Assembly (NCBI GenBank): GCA_026625185.1
Contig: CP113000.1
Coordinates: 1,845,622 to 1,877,621, forward strand
Direction: 5' to 3'
Length of the DNA: 32,000 bases
DNA from: Thermodesulfobacteriota bacterium
GTDB lineage: Bacteria; Desulfobacterota; WTBG01; JAGOGO01
Shown here: positions 9,028 to 17,562 of the stretch, one piece after another
Layout of the letters: every line of letters begins with the position of its first letter
Position numbering within the stretch: the first letter of the stretch is position 1
Position numbers and translations under genes: made by a program
The notes under the pieces: model-generated
The model's database searches: none
What the model was told of the DNA's origin: nothing
The model's input: only the letters and a program-made list of their open reading frames with translations

Positions 9028-10119
9028 TTATGCCTCCTGACGTAAGATAATGAGCTTTCTGGTCATCATGAAGAGAATAAGCAGACACGTTCCAAAAAGA
9101 ATAAAACCAAAATTAAAGCTTTTTTGCATCACTATTCCTCCTAAAACGCCGCCCAGCCCGGCGGAGAGAAAACGTACGGCGCTGTTTAAACTGGCGGATT
9201 CAAACACCTGGGTTAAGGGGAGGTCGGTGAGAAAGGTAGAGACCCCGACATGATTAAATGTCCACCCTAAGCCCCAGGCAAACATTAACGTAAAAAGAAT
9301 CAATAAACTTCCTTTTACCAACAGCGAAAAAGCAACCCCAATCATGAGACCTTTCCCGATGCGGATAACTTTTGTTCTGCCCAGGTGATCCGCGAAAACT
9401 CCTCCGGCGGCAGAACCGATAATACTGCTTACACTGACGGTGGTTAAAAGCAGACTGATAAAGAATTGCTCCAGGTGGTTCACCAACGAGAAATAGACCC
9501 CGAGCCATTGAGTGATACTATGATAGAAGAGACTTACCAAAAAAATATAGGTAAAGAGCCTAAAGACCGTCTTATCTTCCAATGCTTGGCGGTATTGAAC
9601 CGTGAAATCTTCTTTTTGCAATAAAAGCGGAGGGAACAGGAAGTAAAGAGTCAAACAAGAAACGATTCCGGCTATCGCGGGTATTAAAAATATCCAGCGC
9701 CACCCCGTAAAGCCACTCAAAAAAACTCCCAGGAGTGAGGCCACAAAGGTTGAGCTAAAGAACAAACCGACGCGTTTGCCTCGCTCACTGTCCGGGGTGG
9801 TTTTGGCAATAAGTATTAAGGCAACCGGAATAACCCCTGCGCCTGCAAGACCGGCTAAGACGCGCGCAAAAAGAATCTGATTAATGTTTTCCGCCAATCC
9901 ACCTAGGACATTCGCAACGGAAAGAAGACCCATGCAAAACAACAGGAGGGAACGCGGATCCCGGCTGCGGGTAAGAGGGCCGTAAAAAAGCGCCGCCACG
10001 CCATAGGGAATCAAGTAAAACCACAACATTCGCCCGGCCACAAAAGGATCAGTTCTAAATTCAGAGGCTACGGAGGGCACCAGCGCTGACATTGCCGCCA
10101 CATTAAAAGAAAGAACCAA
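9028..10119 (-). CDS. MFS transporter (N-terminus uncertain)
   Basis: 363 aa and polytopic. It has MFS-like loops (GPLTRSRDPRS, ADHLGRTKVIR). The tracked start is TTG at 10119. The reading frame stays open upstream to 10172 and encodes a hydrophobic IKKQTLYILSFCGL stretch that looks like the missing part of TM1. Confidence 0.75.
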   Translation of the reverse strand: MVLSFNVAAMSALVPSVASEFRTDPFVAGRMLWFYLIPYGVAALFYGPLTRSRDPRSLLLFCMGLLSVANVLGGLAENINQILFARVLAGLAGAGVIPVALILIAKTTPDSERGKRVGLFFSSTFVASLLGVFLSGFTGWRWIFLIPAIAGIVSCLTLYFLFPPLLLQKEDFTVQYRQALEDKTVFRLFTYIFLVSLFYHSITQWLGVYFSLVNHLEQFFISLLLTTVSVSSIIGSAAGGVFADHLGRTKVIRIGKGLMIGVAFSLLVKGSLLILFTLMFAWGLGWTFNHVGVSTFLTDLPLTQVFESASLNSAVRFLSAGLGGVLGGIVMQKSFNFGFILFGTCLLILFMMTRKLIILRQEA

Positions 10120-10154
10120 CCCGCAAAAAGATAAAATATAAAGGGTTTGTTTTT

Positions 10155-10595
10155 TTATGACCCCGCCTCCTTTTCAATCACGGCTTTAAAAATTTTCAGG
10201 TTTTCTTTGGAGTGCTGGTTAATGAATTCTTCAACTTGTTCATCGTTAAATGCTGCTTTTGGATCCATCTTAAAATGCTGGATCCAGGTGAGCTCGATCC
10301 CTTCAGGCTTTGGGGTATAAAGCCAGATGATTTTCATGAATTCAAAAGGAAATTTCGGTTCTTCTCTTTCTGCGTAAGCCAAGTAGTTTTCTTTAAACAA
10401 AAGTCGAAATGATTGCCAGGTTCTTCCTTCTTTATCAGTAAGCTTGAAGGTGATTTTATTGTTTTCTTTTTTAACGACAACTGCTTCTTTATATTCACCG
10501 CCGAAAAGCTCGGTCCACCGGGGAATGTTATTCGAGATGTCGAAAATTAAATCGTAGGGAGCCTTGATAATAATGGAATTACATGTATGTCCCAT
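10155..10595 (-). CDS. SRPBCC-superfamily protein (polyketide cyclase/aromatase-like, Polyketide_cyc2-type)
   Basis: 146 aa. The N-terminus SIIIKAPYDLIFDISNNIPRWTELF and the size fit the START/Bet v1-like cyclase/dehydrase fold. GGAGGA lies upstream of the ATG. Confidence 0.55.
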   Translation of the reverse strand: MGHTCNSIIIKAPYDLIFDISNNIPRWTELFGGEYKEAVVVKKENNKITFKLTDKEGRTWQSFRLLFKENYLAYAEREEPKFPFEFMKIIWLYTPKPEGIELTWIQHFKMDPKAAFNDEQVEEFINQHSKENLKIFKAVIEKEAGS

Positions 10596-10617
10596 GGGTA
10601 TCCTCCTTTGTATTGTT

Positions 10618-11415
10618 TTATACCATCGCCACTACCCGCGCCCAGGCTGCTCCGGCATCCTTGATTTTTATTGGGAAGCAGGAAATTTTAAAGCCAAAGG
10701 GAGGTAGTTTCTTCAAATTGGTCAATCTTTCAATATGAGCGTATTCCTTTTTACGACCAAAAAAATGAGCGGGCCAAAGATATGAGGCATCTTTGGTGCG
10801 CAAAAAATCAGCCATCATAAAAGGGTAAGGACGGTCAAAGCCAAGCGCATCAATGCCGATAACCTTTACTCCCTGATCCAAAATATACGCCAACGCTTCC
10901 GGGGAAACACCCGGATAGTTGGCTAAGTACTCAGGAGTCCCGAAATACTGATCGGCATCCGTGCGAAGCAGCACAATATCTTGGCGCTTGATAGTATAGT
11001 TTATCTTGTTTAATGCACTGAGCACATCTTCCCTGGAGATCACCTCGCCCGGTTTTTTGTGCGATACATCCAACACCACCCCGTCACCAAAACACCATTC
11101 AAGGGGAAGCTCGTTTATGGTCTTGGATTTTTTTCCTTCCGAACGAGTCCCGTAATGGAAAGTGAAATCCACATGAGTGCCAATATGGACTGGACAGTGA
11201 ACGGTCTCGAGCGATAAAAATTCTCCGTCCGGAAGATCTTCGAACTTGATAATTCTCTTTCCCAGAAAATAGGAAATTTTTCCCCAAAGCGTCTTTTTGA
11301 GCATTACCCAGTTTAAATGTTTTACCCCTTCGCGGTGATTGATTCGCTCAATGCCAAAGGGATGGACTTCGAAAGAACGTTCATCAATGGAGAGGCTTAA
11401 ATCAAACAGTTGCAT
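10618..11415 (-). CDS. Cyclase-family protein (PF04199; kynurenine-formamidase/polyketide-cyclase type)
   Basis: Contains VHIGTHVDFTFHY, which is the HxGTHxDxPxH-type metal motif. I place the start at the ATG at 11415 (MQLFDLSLSIDE...), not the tracked 11502, because the longer form would overlap the ACP gene by 100 nt. Confidence 0.7.
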   Translation of the reverse strand: MQLFDLSLSIDERSFEVHPFGIERINHREGVKHLNWVMLKKTLWGKISYFLGKRIIKFEDLPDGEFLSLETVHCPVHIGTHVDFTFHYGTRSEGKKSKTINELPLEWCFGDGVVLDVSHKKPGEVISREDVLSALNKINYTIKRQDIVLLRTDADQYFGTPEYLANYPGVSPEALAYILDQGVKVIGIDALGFDRPYPFMMADFLRTKDASYLWPAHFFGRKKEYAHIERLTNLKKLPPFGFKISCFPIKIKDAGAAWARVVAMV

Positions 11416-11650
11416 GGAGTAATAACTTTCCCTGAATAACCCGATCAATATCCTTAAAACAAGAAAATTTGGTAATTTCTTTTTCCATAATATTGATGCC
11501 AAATAATTTTTCGATCGCGAGGATAAGCTCTACCGTTTCCGTAGAATCAAGACCAAGACCGCTATAGAGTTCCACATCATCCTTGATTTCGTCTGGATCA
11601 ATCTCAAAAAGCTCGATCAAAAGGTTTTTAACTTTTTCTTTAACATCCAT
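11402..11650 (-). CDS. Acyl carrier protein
   Basis: 82 aa beginning MDVKEKVKNLLIELFEID, with the phosphopantetheine-attachment motif LGLDSTETVEL. GGAGGAAGCAAACTT lies upstream of the ATG at 11650. The tracked 112-aa form is a spurious 5' extension into the rSAM gene. Confidence 0.85.
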   Translation of the reverse strand: MDVKEKVKNLLIELFEIDPDEIKDDVELYSGLGLDSTETVELILAIEKLFGINIMEKEITKFSCFKDIDRVIQGKLLLHATV

Positions 11651-11667
11651 AAGTTTGCTTCCTCCTA

Positions 11668-13128
11668 TTAAATCTGGACCTCTCCTTTGGTTGCTCCCGC
11701 TTCCCATTTTCCGACTCCGGCCATGACATCTTGGAAGCAAAGTTTAGCGAGAACATCAAAATCACTTTCCATAATGCGGTTTATTCTTCCCGGCTTGGAG
11801 TAAAATTCACGCATACACCAGGCGCCCAGCCGCCCCAGGTCTTCAACCGTAAGGTGATCGGTAGGCATGACGGGGTGGAGAAAATCCCACCGGCTAAAAT
11901 CTACGTTTCGAGCGTCAATCCACTTATTCTTAAGCGATTTTCTCCAAACCGGAGAATTGGGCGCCGGAGTCACATAACCAATCCAGAGAATATCCGGATC
12001 AACCTCATCGGTAAATTCGTATCGCTGCTTGATAATCCGCTCATCATCATAGTCAAAGCCCATCATAATATCCGCTACTACGGCAATATTATTTCTCCGA
12101 AGAATTTCGATAGTTTTTTTGATCTGATCAACGGTGATCCCTTTGGCGATCTTTTTCAGCTCCTCGGGGGTGGTGACTTCAATGCCAAAAACACCGATGA
12201 AAAGCCCTGACTCTTTCATTAACGGAAGGATTTCCTCGCAATTAATCCAGTCCACTGCTCGTCCTAAGGAAACCCACTTGATCGGAATATTTTTCTTGAG
12301 CTTAAGCTCGCAGAACCGCTTAACCCGCGCGGGATCAACATTGAAGTTATCATCCTGGATAACCACGACTTTAACGCCATATTGTCGGTGAAGAATTTCC
12401 AGCTCGTCAATGACCCGTTCAGGAGATTTAGCGCGCCATTTAAGGAAGTCTCTGGGGGATCGCGGATCATACTGATCCCATTCATAACAGAAAGTACAGG
12501 CGGAAGGACATCCCCGCGAGGTAACCATTTCCACAAACGGCTTCCAGTGGGTGTGACCAACATAGCGATCCATGGGATAAAGATCGTAAGCCGGAAAAGG
12601 GAGTTTATCTAAGTTCTCTGATAGCGCCTTGTGAGGTCCCATGACAATCTGTCCGTTGACCCGGGATGTGACTCCTGCGACTGCCTTAAGGTCTTTATTG
12701 TTGTTAAGCGCGTCAACCAAGTCAAAAAAGGATTCTTCTTCGCCCATGACCACAAAATCAACGGCGGGATTATCTTCTAAGGTCTCGACCGGCATGGCTG
12801 AATACCAGAGCCCGCCCAAGATGATTTTAGTTTTTGGCAGAACGTCTTTGATTAATGCGGCGGACTCATTAAAATGCGCGATAATCCCGTAACCGCCGTA
12901 AGAATGGAGCATATCACCAATAACCACTACATCGGGATTGTTCTCCTTTACTTTTTCTATCATTTTTTCTTTTGCTATATCCAAAGCTTTGCAGTCCAAG
13001 ACCTCGATATCCCGGTATCCTTTTTCTCGAATATAGGCAGCCCAGTGAGCGTAAAGTTGGTTAGGTGCTAAGTGCTTTCCATGGGTTGCCCAAGCCCCGA
13101 CTCTGGGCATGACAAATAAAATTTTCAT
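11668..13128 (-). CDS. B12-binding-domain radical SAM enzyme (class B rSAM)
   Basis: 486 aa. The N-terminal Rossmann-like cobalamin-binding region is MKILFVMPR...DVVVIGDM...IILGG...DFVVMGEEE. It is followed by the CxxxCxxC cluster motif SRGCPSACTFCYE. Confidence 0.85.
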   Translation of the reverse strand: MKILFVMPRVGAWATHGKHLAPNQLYAHWAAYIREKGYRDIEVLDCKALDIAKEKMIEKVKENNPDVVVIGDMLHSYGGYGIIAHFNESAALIKDVLPKTKIILGGLWYSAMPVETLEDNPAVDFVVMGEEESFFDLVDALNNNKDLKAVAGVTSRVNGQIVMGPHKALSENLDKLPFPAYDLYPMDRYVGHTHWKPFVEMVTSRGCPSACTFCYEWDQYDPRSPRDFLKWRAKSPERVIDELEILHRQYGVKVVVIQDDNFNVDPARVKRFCELKLKKNIPIKWVSLGRAVDWINCEEILPLMKESGLFIGVFGIEVTTPEELKKIAKGITVDQIKKTIEILRRNNIAVVADIMMGFDYDDERIIKQRYEFTDEVDPDILWIGYVTPAPNSPVWRKSLKNKWIDARNVDFSRWDFLHPVMPTDHLTVEDLGRLGAWCMREFYSKPGRINRIMESDFDVLAKLCFQDVMAGVGKWEAGATKGEVQI

Positions 13129-14363
13129 GCTGTCTCCTTTTTTTCAATAACGATAACTGTATTAATGCCTCCTCGGCCCCGTGAAATGACCAGCGCCTTA
13201 TTGATCTCTTTTTCATGAGCCTTACCGATGATGTAATTGAGACCCTCAGGGTCAGGCACCTCAATATTAATCGTTGGGGGAACCGAATTGTGCTCCATTG
13301 CTAAGATAGTCGAAATGAGATCTACCGAACCTGATGCCCCCAACAAATTTCCAAACATTGATTTGGGACAACTTACGGGGACGGTTTTTGCCTTATCTGC
13401 GAAAACGTCTTTTATAGCTTTGGCTTCGCTTTGGTCCCACACTTCTACGGCTAAACCGTCCAAGCTTATATAGTCAATTTCTTCGGGCGCTGTCTCTGCT
13501 TCATTTAAAGCCATCCGTATCGCCCGGGCTAATTGTTTGCCGCTGGGGTCAGGGTTAATCCGATCTTTGCCATCGCAAGTATTTCCAACGCCCGAAATAA
13601 CTGCCAAGATATTTGACCCCCGCGCCTCAGCACGATCAATGTTTTCCATCAGGATTACCCCGGATCCTTCTCCGATCACAAAGCCCTGCCGGTTTTTGTC
13701 AAACGGGCGATACGTTTTATGGGGATAATCATTATTTTCCGCAATACCTCCATAGGTATTACAGCATAAGAGGGCATAGGGAGTAACCGGAGCTTCCGTA
13801 CCGCCGGCTAAGATCATGTGGAGTTTTCCCTTCACCAAGGTGTCCCGCGCATAGCCTACGGCCATTAAAGAACTTGCGCGGTCAGCTACCACGGTTTTGC
13901 TGAAGCCTTTTATCCCGTAATAGATGGAGACCTGTCCTTGAGGTGCGGCCGGAAACCACGCCGAAGCCATATACGGAGATACTCCCTCCCGGCCTTCGAT
14001 GTAAAGGTCGCGCAGTTCGGTTTCAGCGTAAAGCCAGCCTCCCAGAGCATTGCCTAAAAATATCCCCACCAGGTTGGGATCTTCTTGCCTAATATCCATC
14101 TTGGCATCTTCAAGCGCCATCTCGGAGGCAACCAAGGCCATATGCGAGAAAAGATCGATTTTTTTGAGAAGGCGTCGCGATAATAAGCCGTAGTTCTCCA
14201 AATCATCGATCTGTCCCGCAATATGGGAAGGATACTGAGAAGCATCAAAACGAGTGATCTTCTCCACAAAAGAGCGCCCGGATTTGATGTTTGCCCAAAA
14301 CTGCCGCTTGCCGATACCCGGAGGAGCTACGACTCCTATCCCGGTGACTGCTACCTTTTTCAT
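13125..14363 (-). CDS. Ketosynthase-beta / chain-length-factor-like subunit (thiolase fold, catalytic triad absent)
   Basis: 412 aa. It aligns along its length with the upstream KS, but the active-site block reads VVADRASSLMAVG (Arg where KS has Cys). The His blocks read TCDGKD, SLDGLA and KSMFGN (His to Asp/Asp/Asn). The start shares 1 nt with the KS-alpha stop (TAATG). Confidence 0.8.
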   Translation of the reverse strand: MKKVAVTGIGVVAPPGIGKRQFWANIKSGRSFVEKITRFDASQYPSHIAGQIDDLENYGLLSRRLLKKIDLFSHMALVASEMALEDAKMDIRQEDPNLVGIFLGNALGGWLYAETELRDLYIEGREGVSPYMASAWFPAAPQGQVSIYYGIKGFSKTVVADRASSLMAVGYARDTLVKGKLHMILAGGTEAPVTPYALLCCNTYGGIAENNDYPHKTYRPFDKNRQGFVIGEGSGVILMENIDRAEARGSNILAVISGVGNTCDGKDRINPDPSGKQLARAIRMALNEAETAPEEIDYISLDGLAVEVWDQSEAKAIKDVFADKAKTVPVSCPKSMFGNLLGASGSVDLISTILAMEHNSVPPTINIEVPDPEGLNYIIGKAHEKEINKALVISRGRGGINTVIVIEKKETA

Positions 14364-15628
14364 TAGTTCTTATACCTTTTTATAATGAGAGAAGAATGAA
14401 TGCCTGAAAATCCACTGCTGGTCTTCAAAATAGTATCAACCTTTTTTTCCCGAGAGCAATTCGGGATATAGTCCAAATCGCAAAGCGGATCGTTCTTTAC
14501 CTGGTTGATGGTCGGCGGAAGCAGATTCTTTTCAAATATCATCGCGCCAATAACCAACTCAACCGCGTTCGCTGCCGCGAGGGGGTGCCCGATCATAGAT
14601 TTCATAGAGCTTATCGGCAGCTTATACGCATAGTCGCCAAAGACCATTTTGTAGGCGTTAGTCTCAAACACATCATTCATGCGCGTGGAAGAACCGTGGG
14701 CATTAATATAATCGATTTCACCAGGCTGCAGGTCCGCATCTTGAAGGGCTAATCTGATGCAGTCAGCCATCGCTGTGCCGTCCGCGGGTAGGTCGGTCAT
14801 ATGAAACGCGTTACAGCTGGTGCCGAATCCGGCTACCTCACAGTAAATCTTCGTTCCCCGCTTCAGTGCATGCTGGAGTTCTTCCAAAATTAAGATTCCA
14901 GCTCCTTCTGATATAACAAACCCATCCCGATCATTATCAAAAGGCCGGCTGGCAGCTTCGGGATCATCATTACGCGCAGAAGAGAGGACATTAACGACAT
15001 CAAAGGCGCCAAAGGTAATTGGAGTAATGGGGGCTTCGGCCGCTCCGGTAATCATGATGTCCTGCTTGCCGTCCTGAATTACTTCTAACCCATAACCCAA
15101 TGAATCGGTTCCCGCGGTACATCCGGTCGACAAGGTGTTACAGATTCCCTGAAACCCGTATTTGCTTGAAACCTCGATGGACGGAGTATTAAACATGGCG
15201 GCGTCATAGAGGTCAGGTCTGACCTTGGAGGGGTCAATGGGATTTTTCCCATTATCGGTCACAAAGGAAAACTCTTCCTCCATATACTTGGTGCCGCAAA
15301 TGGCATTGGCTAAACAGACGCCAATCCGCTCAGGATCTTCGTGCGCAAAATTAAGACGGCTGTCTTGGTAGGCCATTTCGGCCGCTACCACGGCAAACTG
15401 AACATATCGATCCATCCGCATGGCGTCATCATGAGTCAGACCATAGTTAAAGGGGTCAAAACCTCTTACCTCAGCGGCAATTTGCGATTTAAACATGGAT
15501 ACATCAAAATAATCTACTTTTCTTACTGCCGATTTTCCTGAAATCATGGCGTCAAAAGCTCTGTTCTTGCCGATTCCATTGGGGGAAATTACGCCGATTC
15601 CGGTAACGACTACCCGTCTTTTTTTCAT
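14363..15628 (-). CDS. Beta-ketoacyl synthase, type II PKS KS-alpha-like (FabF family)
   Basis: 421 aa. The active-site Cys lies in LSTGCTAGTDSLG (compare VSTGCTSGLDAVG of type II PKS KS-alpha). The His residues lie in CNAFHMTD and INAHGSST, with KSMIGHPLAAA also present. Confidence 0.9.
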   Translation of the reverse strand: MKKRRVVVTGIGVISPNGIGKNRAFDAMISGKSAVRKVDYFDVSMFKSQIAAEVRGFDPFNYGLTHDDAMRMDRYVQFAVVAAEMAYQDSRLNFAHEDPERIGVCLANAICGTKYMEEEFSFVTDNGKNPIDPSKVRPDLYDAAMFNTPSIEVSSKYGFQGICNTLSTGCTAGTDSLGYGLEVIQDGKQDIMITGAAEAPITPITFGAFDVVNVLSSARNDDPEAASRPFDNDRDGFVISEGAGILILEELQHALKRGTKIYCEVAGFGTSCNAFHMTDLPADGTAMADCIRLALQDADLQPGEIDYINAHGSSTRMNDVFETNAYKMVFGDYAYKLPISSMKSMIGHPLAAANAVELVIGAMIFEKNLLPPTINQVKNDPLCDLDYIPNCSREKKVDTILKTSSGFSGIHSSLIIKRYKN

Positions 15629-16221
15629 TGGTCTTTTACCTCCTCAATTCTAGTGACTTTAAAAACAATATTTCCATTATCCGGGCAGGTAACGGTATCG
15701 ATACTATTGGGGTTATCCATAAAGAAAAATTTTGCTCCAAAGTTAAGCGCAAAAAGAGCCGGGAAGGCGGTATGAAAAGCGGCCCCGCAGAATTCCGGTA
15801 TCGCTTTAAGTCCCACGGTTTCAAATTTATCTCCCAACTTATATCCATAGTGGCAACTTCCTTTGGCTTTAACCACTTCAAGTACCATCTTTTTGGGCTG
15901 CGGCCCTTGATACGTTGGGTCTTTTGGAATAACCTCAACGTGGCCTTGTCTATCCAGAATCTCAGCAAGAAACTCGAGTTTCCCTCCATCCGGACAGGTT
16001 AAAGTTAACGAACGCTGGTTATCACGGAAAGGAAACCGGGCCCCAAAGCTGATCGCATAGATGACCGGGAAAAGCACATGAGCTAAGCCTAAGCAGAAGT
16101 ACTGAGGTGGATGCGTAAAGTCTTCGAGAATAAGCTCATCGCCCACTTTATAACCGTGATAACAATCTCCGTATACATTGAGTACCGTAAGTTTTAATTT
16201 TGGAAAAGGTGTATCAAACAT
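15625..16221 (-). CDS. Tandem-duplicated TIGR04076-like Cys-rich protein
   Basis: 198 aa made of two ~85-aa halves. Both halves share G-x-C-x-x-GYK-x-GD ... FC ... FP ... FGA-x-F-x-F-x-DN ... TCPD-x-G. AAGGA lies upstream of the ATG. The 3' end overlaps the KS-alpha start by 4 nt. Confidence 0.6.
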   Translation of the reverse strand: MFDTPFPKLKLTVLNVYGDCYHGYKVGDELILEDFTHPPQYFCLGLAHVLFPVIYAISFGARFPFRDNQRSLTLTCPDGGKLEFLAEILDRQGHVEVIPKDPTYQGPQPKKMVLEVVKAKGSCHYGYKLGDKFETVGLKAIPEFCGAAFHTAFPALFALNFGAKFFFMDNPNSIDTVTCPDNGNIVFKVTRIEEVKDQ

Positions 16222-16286
16222 ACGAATATCCTTCCCTTTCAGGTAATCTATTTAATCTTGACCATTTTTGGTTATGCTACCCTGTT

Positions 16287-17291
16287 TCAGGGAATTAGTT
16301 TTTCGGTTTCTGCTAATAATTTTTCCTTGCTGAAAAAAGTATTAGCGCGTTCAACTTCGTGCACCATCTCAACCAATTTTTGGTTCAGCGGCGATTCTAA
16401 CGCATTTTCTTTAGCCAGGGTGATGAATTCTCCGTTGATGAAATCAATTTCCGAAGCACGGCCCCGCTTGATGCTTTGTAATATTGACCCATAGAGGGGC
16501 TCTTTACTTAAATTAATCATAATCCCTGAAAATATTTTAGCTGCTTCATCAATTGGCATGGCGGTTAAACCACCCAGGCGCTCCAGAGGAAAGTCGGGCA
16601 ACGACGTTAAGGTAACGTTCGATTTGGTTACGATACCCAATCCCTCTTTCCAGATGCCGATGCTGATGCGGCTTACGCTGGGATCGGCGAATGCTTCCTG
16701 CATGCTCATCCCTAATATGGCGGGGATGCAGTTATTGGCATTAACAAAGATCTTGAGATATTTCATTCCCCTGATATCATCAGTGATGATGGTGGGAAAA
16801 ATGTTATTGAGCAGCGCTTGCAGCGCATTGACCGAGCTGTCATTAGGTCCAAACATCTTGCCGATGATCCAGTCGCCGTCAAAGTTATGGATAACCTTTC
16901 CTTCTTCTAAAGAGGTCGCGCCAAACATGACGATACTGGAAATAGTATTTTCCACGGGGAGGTGGTGAGCAACAAGCGAATCAGCGCGAACCCCATTTTG
17001 CGTCGTGAGCAAACACGTTTCTTTTAAAAAAGCAAGGTTATCTTTGAGGGCTTCTTCTACGTCCTGAGTTTTAACCGCGAGAATAGCGACGTCCGGCTTC
17101 TCCCGCAGGCGCTCACTGACCTCAAGATTAACGCGTGTTTCTCCCCGTGCTCCGGAGATCAGCAAGCCGTTTTTTTTGATCATTTTCACCGTGCGCGGGC
17201 GACCAATCAAATACACCGTTTCATTGTTAAGTGTGAGGTATCCGGCGGCGACATTGCCGATCGCCCCGGCACCGATGACCGCGATCTTCAT
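16287..17291 (-). CDS. 2-dehydropantoate 2-reductase family (PanE/ApbA) NAD(P)H-dependent ketoreductase
   Basis: The Rossmann start is MKIAVIGAGAIGNVAAGYL. The C-terminal block SILQSIKRGRASEIDFINGEFITLAKENALESPLNQKLVEMV matches the family signature. I prefer the ATG at 17291, which abuts the upstream stop. The tracked start at 17324 would overlap the upstream gene by 32 nt. Confidence 0.8.
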   Translation of the reverse strand: MKIAVIGAGAIGNVAAGYLTLNNETVYLIGRPRTVKMIKKNGLLISGARGETRVNLEVSERLREKPDVAILAVKTQDVEEALKDNLAFLKETCLLTTQNGVRADSLVAHHLPVENTISSIVMFGATSLEEGKVIHNFDGDWIIGKMFGPNDSSVNALQALLNNIFPTIITDDIRGMKYLKIFVNANNCIPAILGMSMQEAFADPSVSRISIGIWKEGLGIVTKSNVTLTSLPDFPLERLGGLTAMPIDEAAKIFSGIMINLSKEPLYGSILQSIKRGRASEIDFINGEFITLAKENALESPLNQKLVEMVHEVERANTFFSKEKLLAETEKLIP

Positions 17292-17292
17292 T

Positions 17293-17562
17293 TTACTTGG
17301 GGAATCCATATTTCTTATAATCAAATCCCGTGTGATCCAAGAGCCTCACCATCATGCTGTAGAATGGTTTAGGCACCTCTGAGAAAAAGGCGCTGATCAC
17401 ATCGTGTTCTTCCACAATCTGAGAACCTCGTGATTGGGCATTTTCCTCCGCTTTTTTACTGGCAAAAACCTGCGCTAACCCCCGATGAAAGACCGGGAGT
17501 TTAGCGATCATGAGTTCGAATTTTTCCTGAGTAGTTTTTTTCCATTCCATCGTTTTACCCAT
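17293..17562 (-). CDS. Small PCP_red-like protein (PF08369-like helical domain)
   Basis: 89 aa. MEWKKTTQEKFELMIAKLPVFHRGLAQVFASKKAEENAQSRGSQIVEEHDV resembles the W-x-x-EA-x-x-L-x-KIP-x-FVR...AR-x-x-G...IT pattern of the protochlorophyllide reductase B C-terminal domain. This is recognised from memory only. It overlaps the MMPL stop by 8 nt. Confidence 0.4.
   Translation of the reverse strand: MGKTMEWKKTTQEKFELMIAKLPVFHRGLAQVFASKKAEENAQSRGSQIVEEHDVISAFFSEVPKPFYSMMVRLLDHTGFDYKKYGFPK

Noticed and set aside
10618-11740. Longer tracked versions of the cyclase (start 11502) and ACP (start 11740) ORFs
   Set aside because: The extensions overlap the neighbouring genes by about 100 nt and 73 nt. They add non-conserved, low-complexity N-termini. 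Internal ATGs at 11415 and 11650, the latter with a GGAGGA RBS, give proteins of canonical length.
11731-13071. A series of plus-strand ORFs, the longest 159 aa at 11731-12210
   Set aside because: They are antisense to the B12-rSAM gene, which has unmistakable motifs. Their sequences are Ser/Pro/Ile-rich with no recognisable domain.
15628-16002. A 124-aa plus-strand ORF and a 117-aa alternative-frame minus-strand ORF inside the TIGR04076-like gene
   Set aside because: The chosen frame shows a clean internal duplication with conserved Cys/His positions. The alternatives show none.
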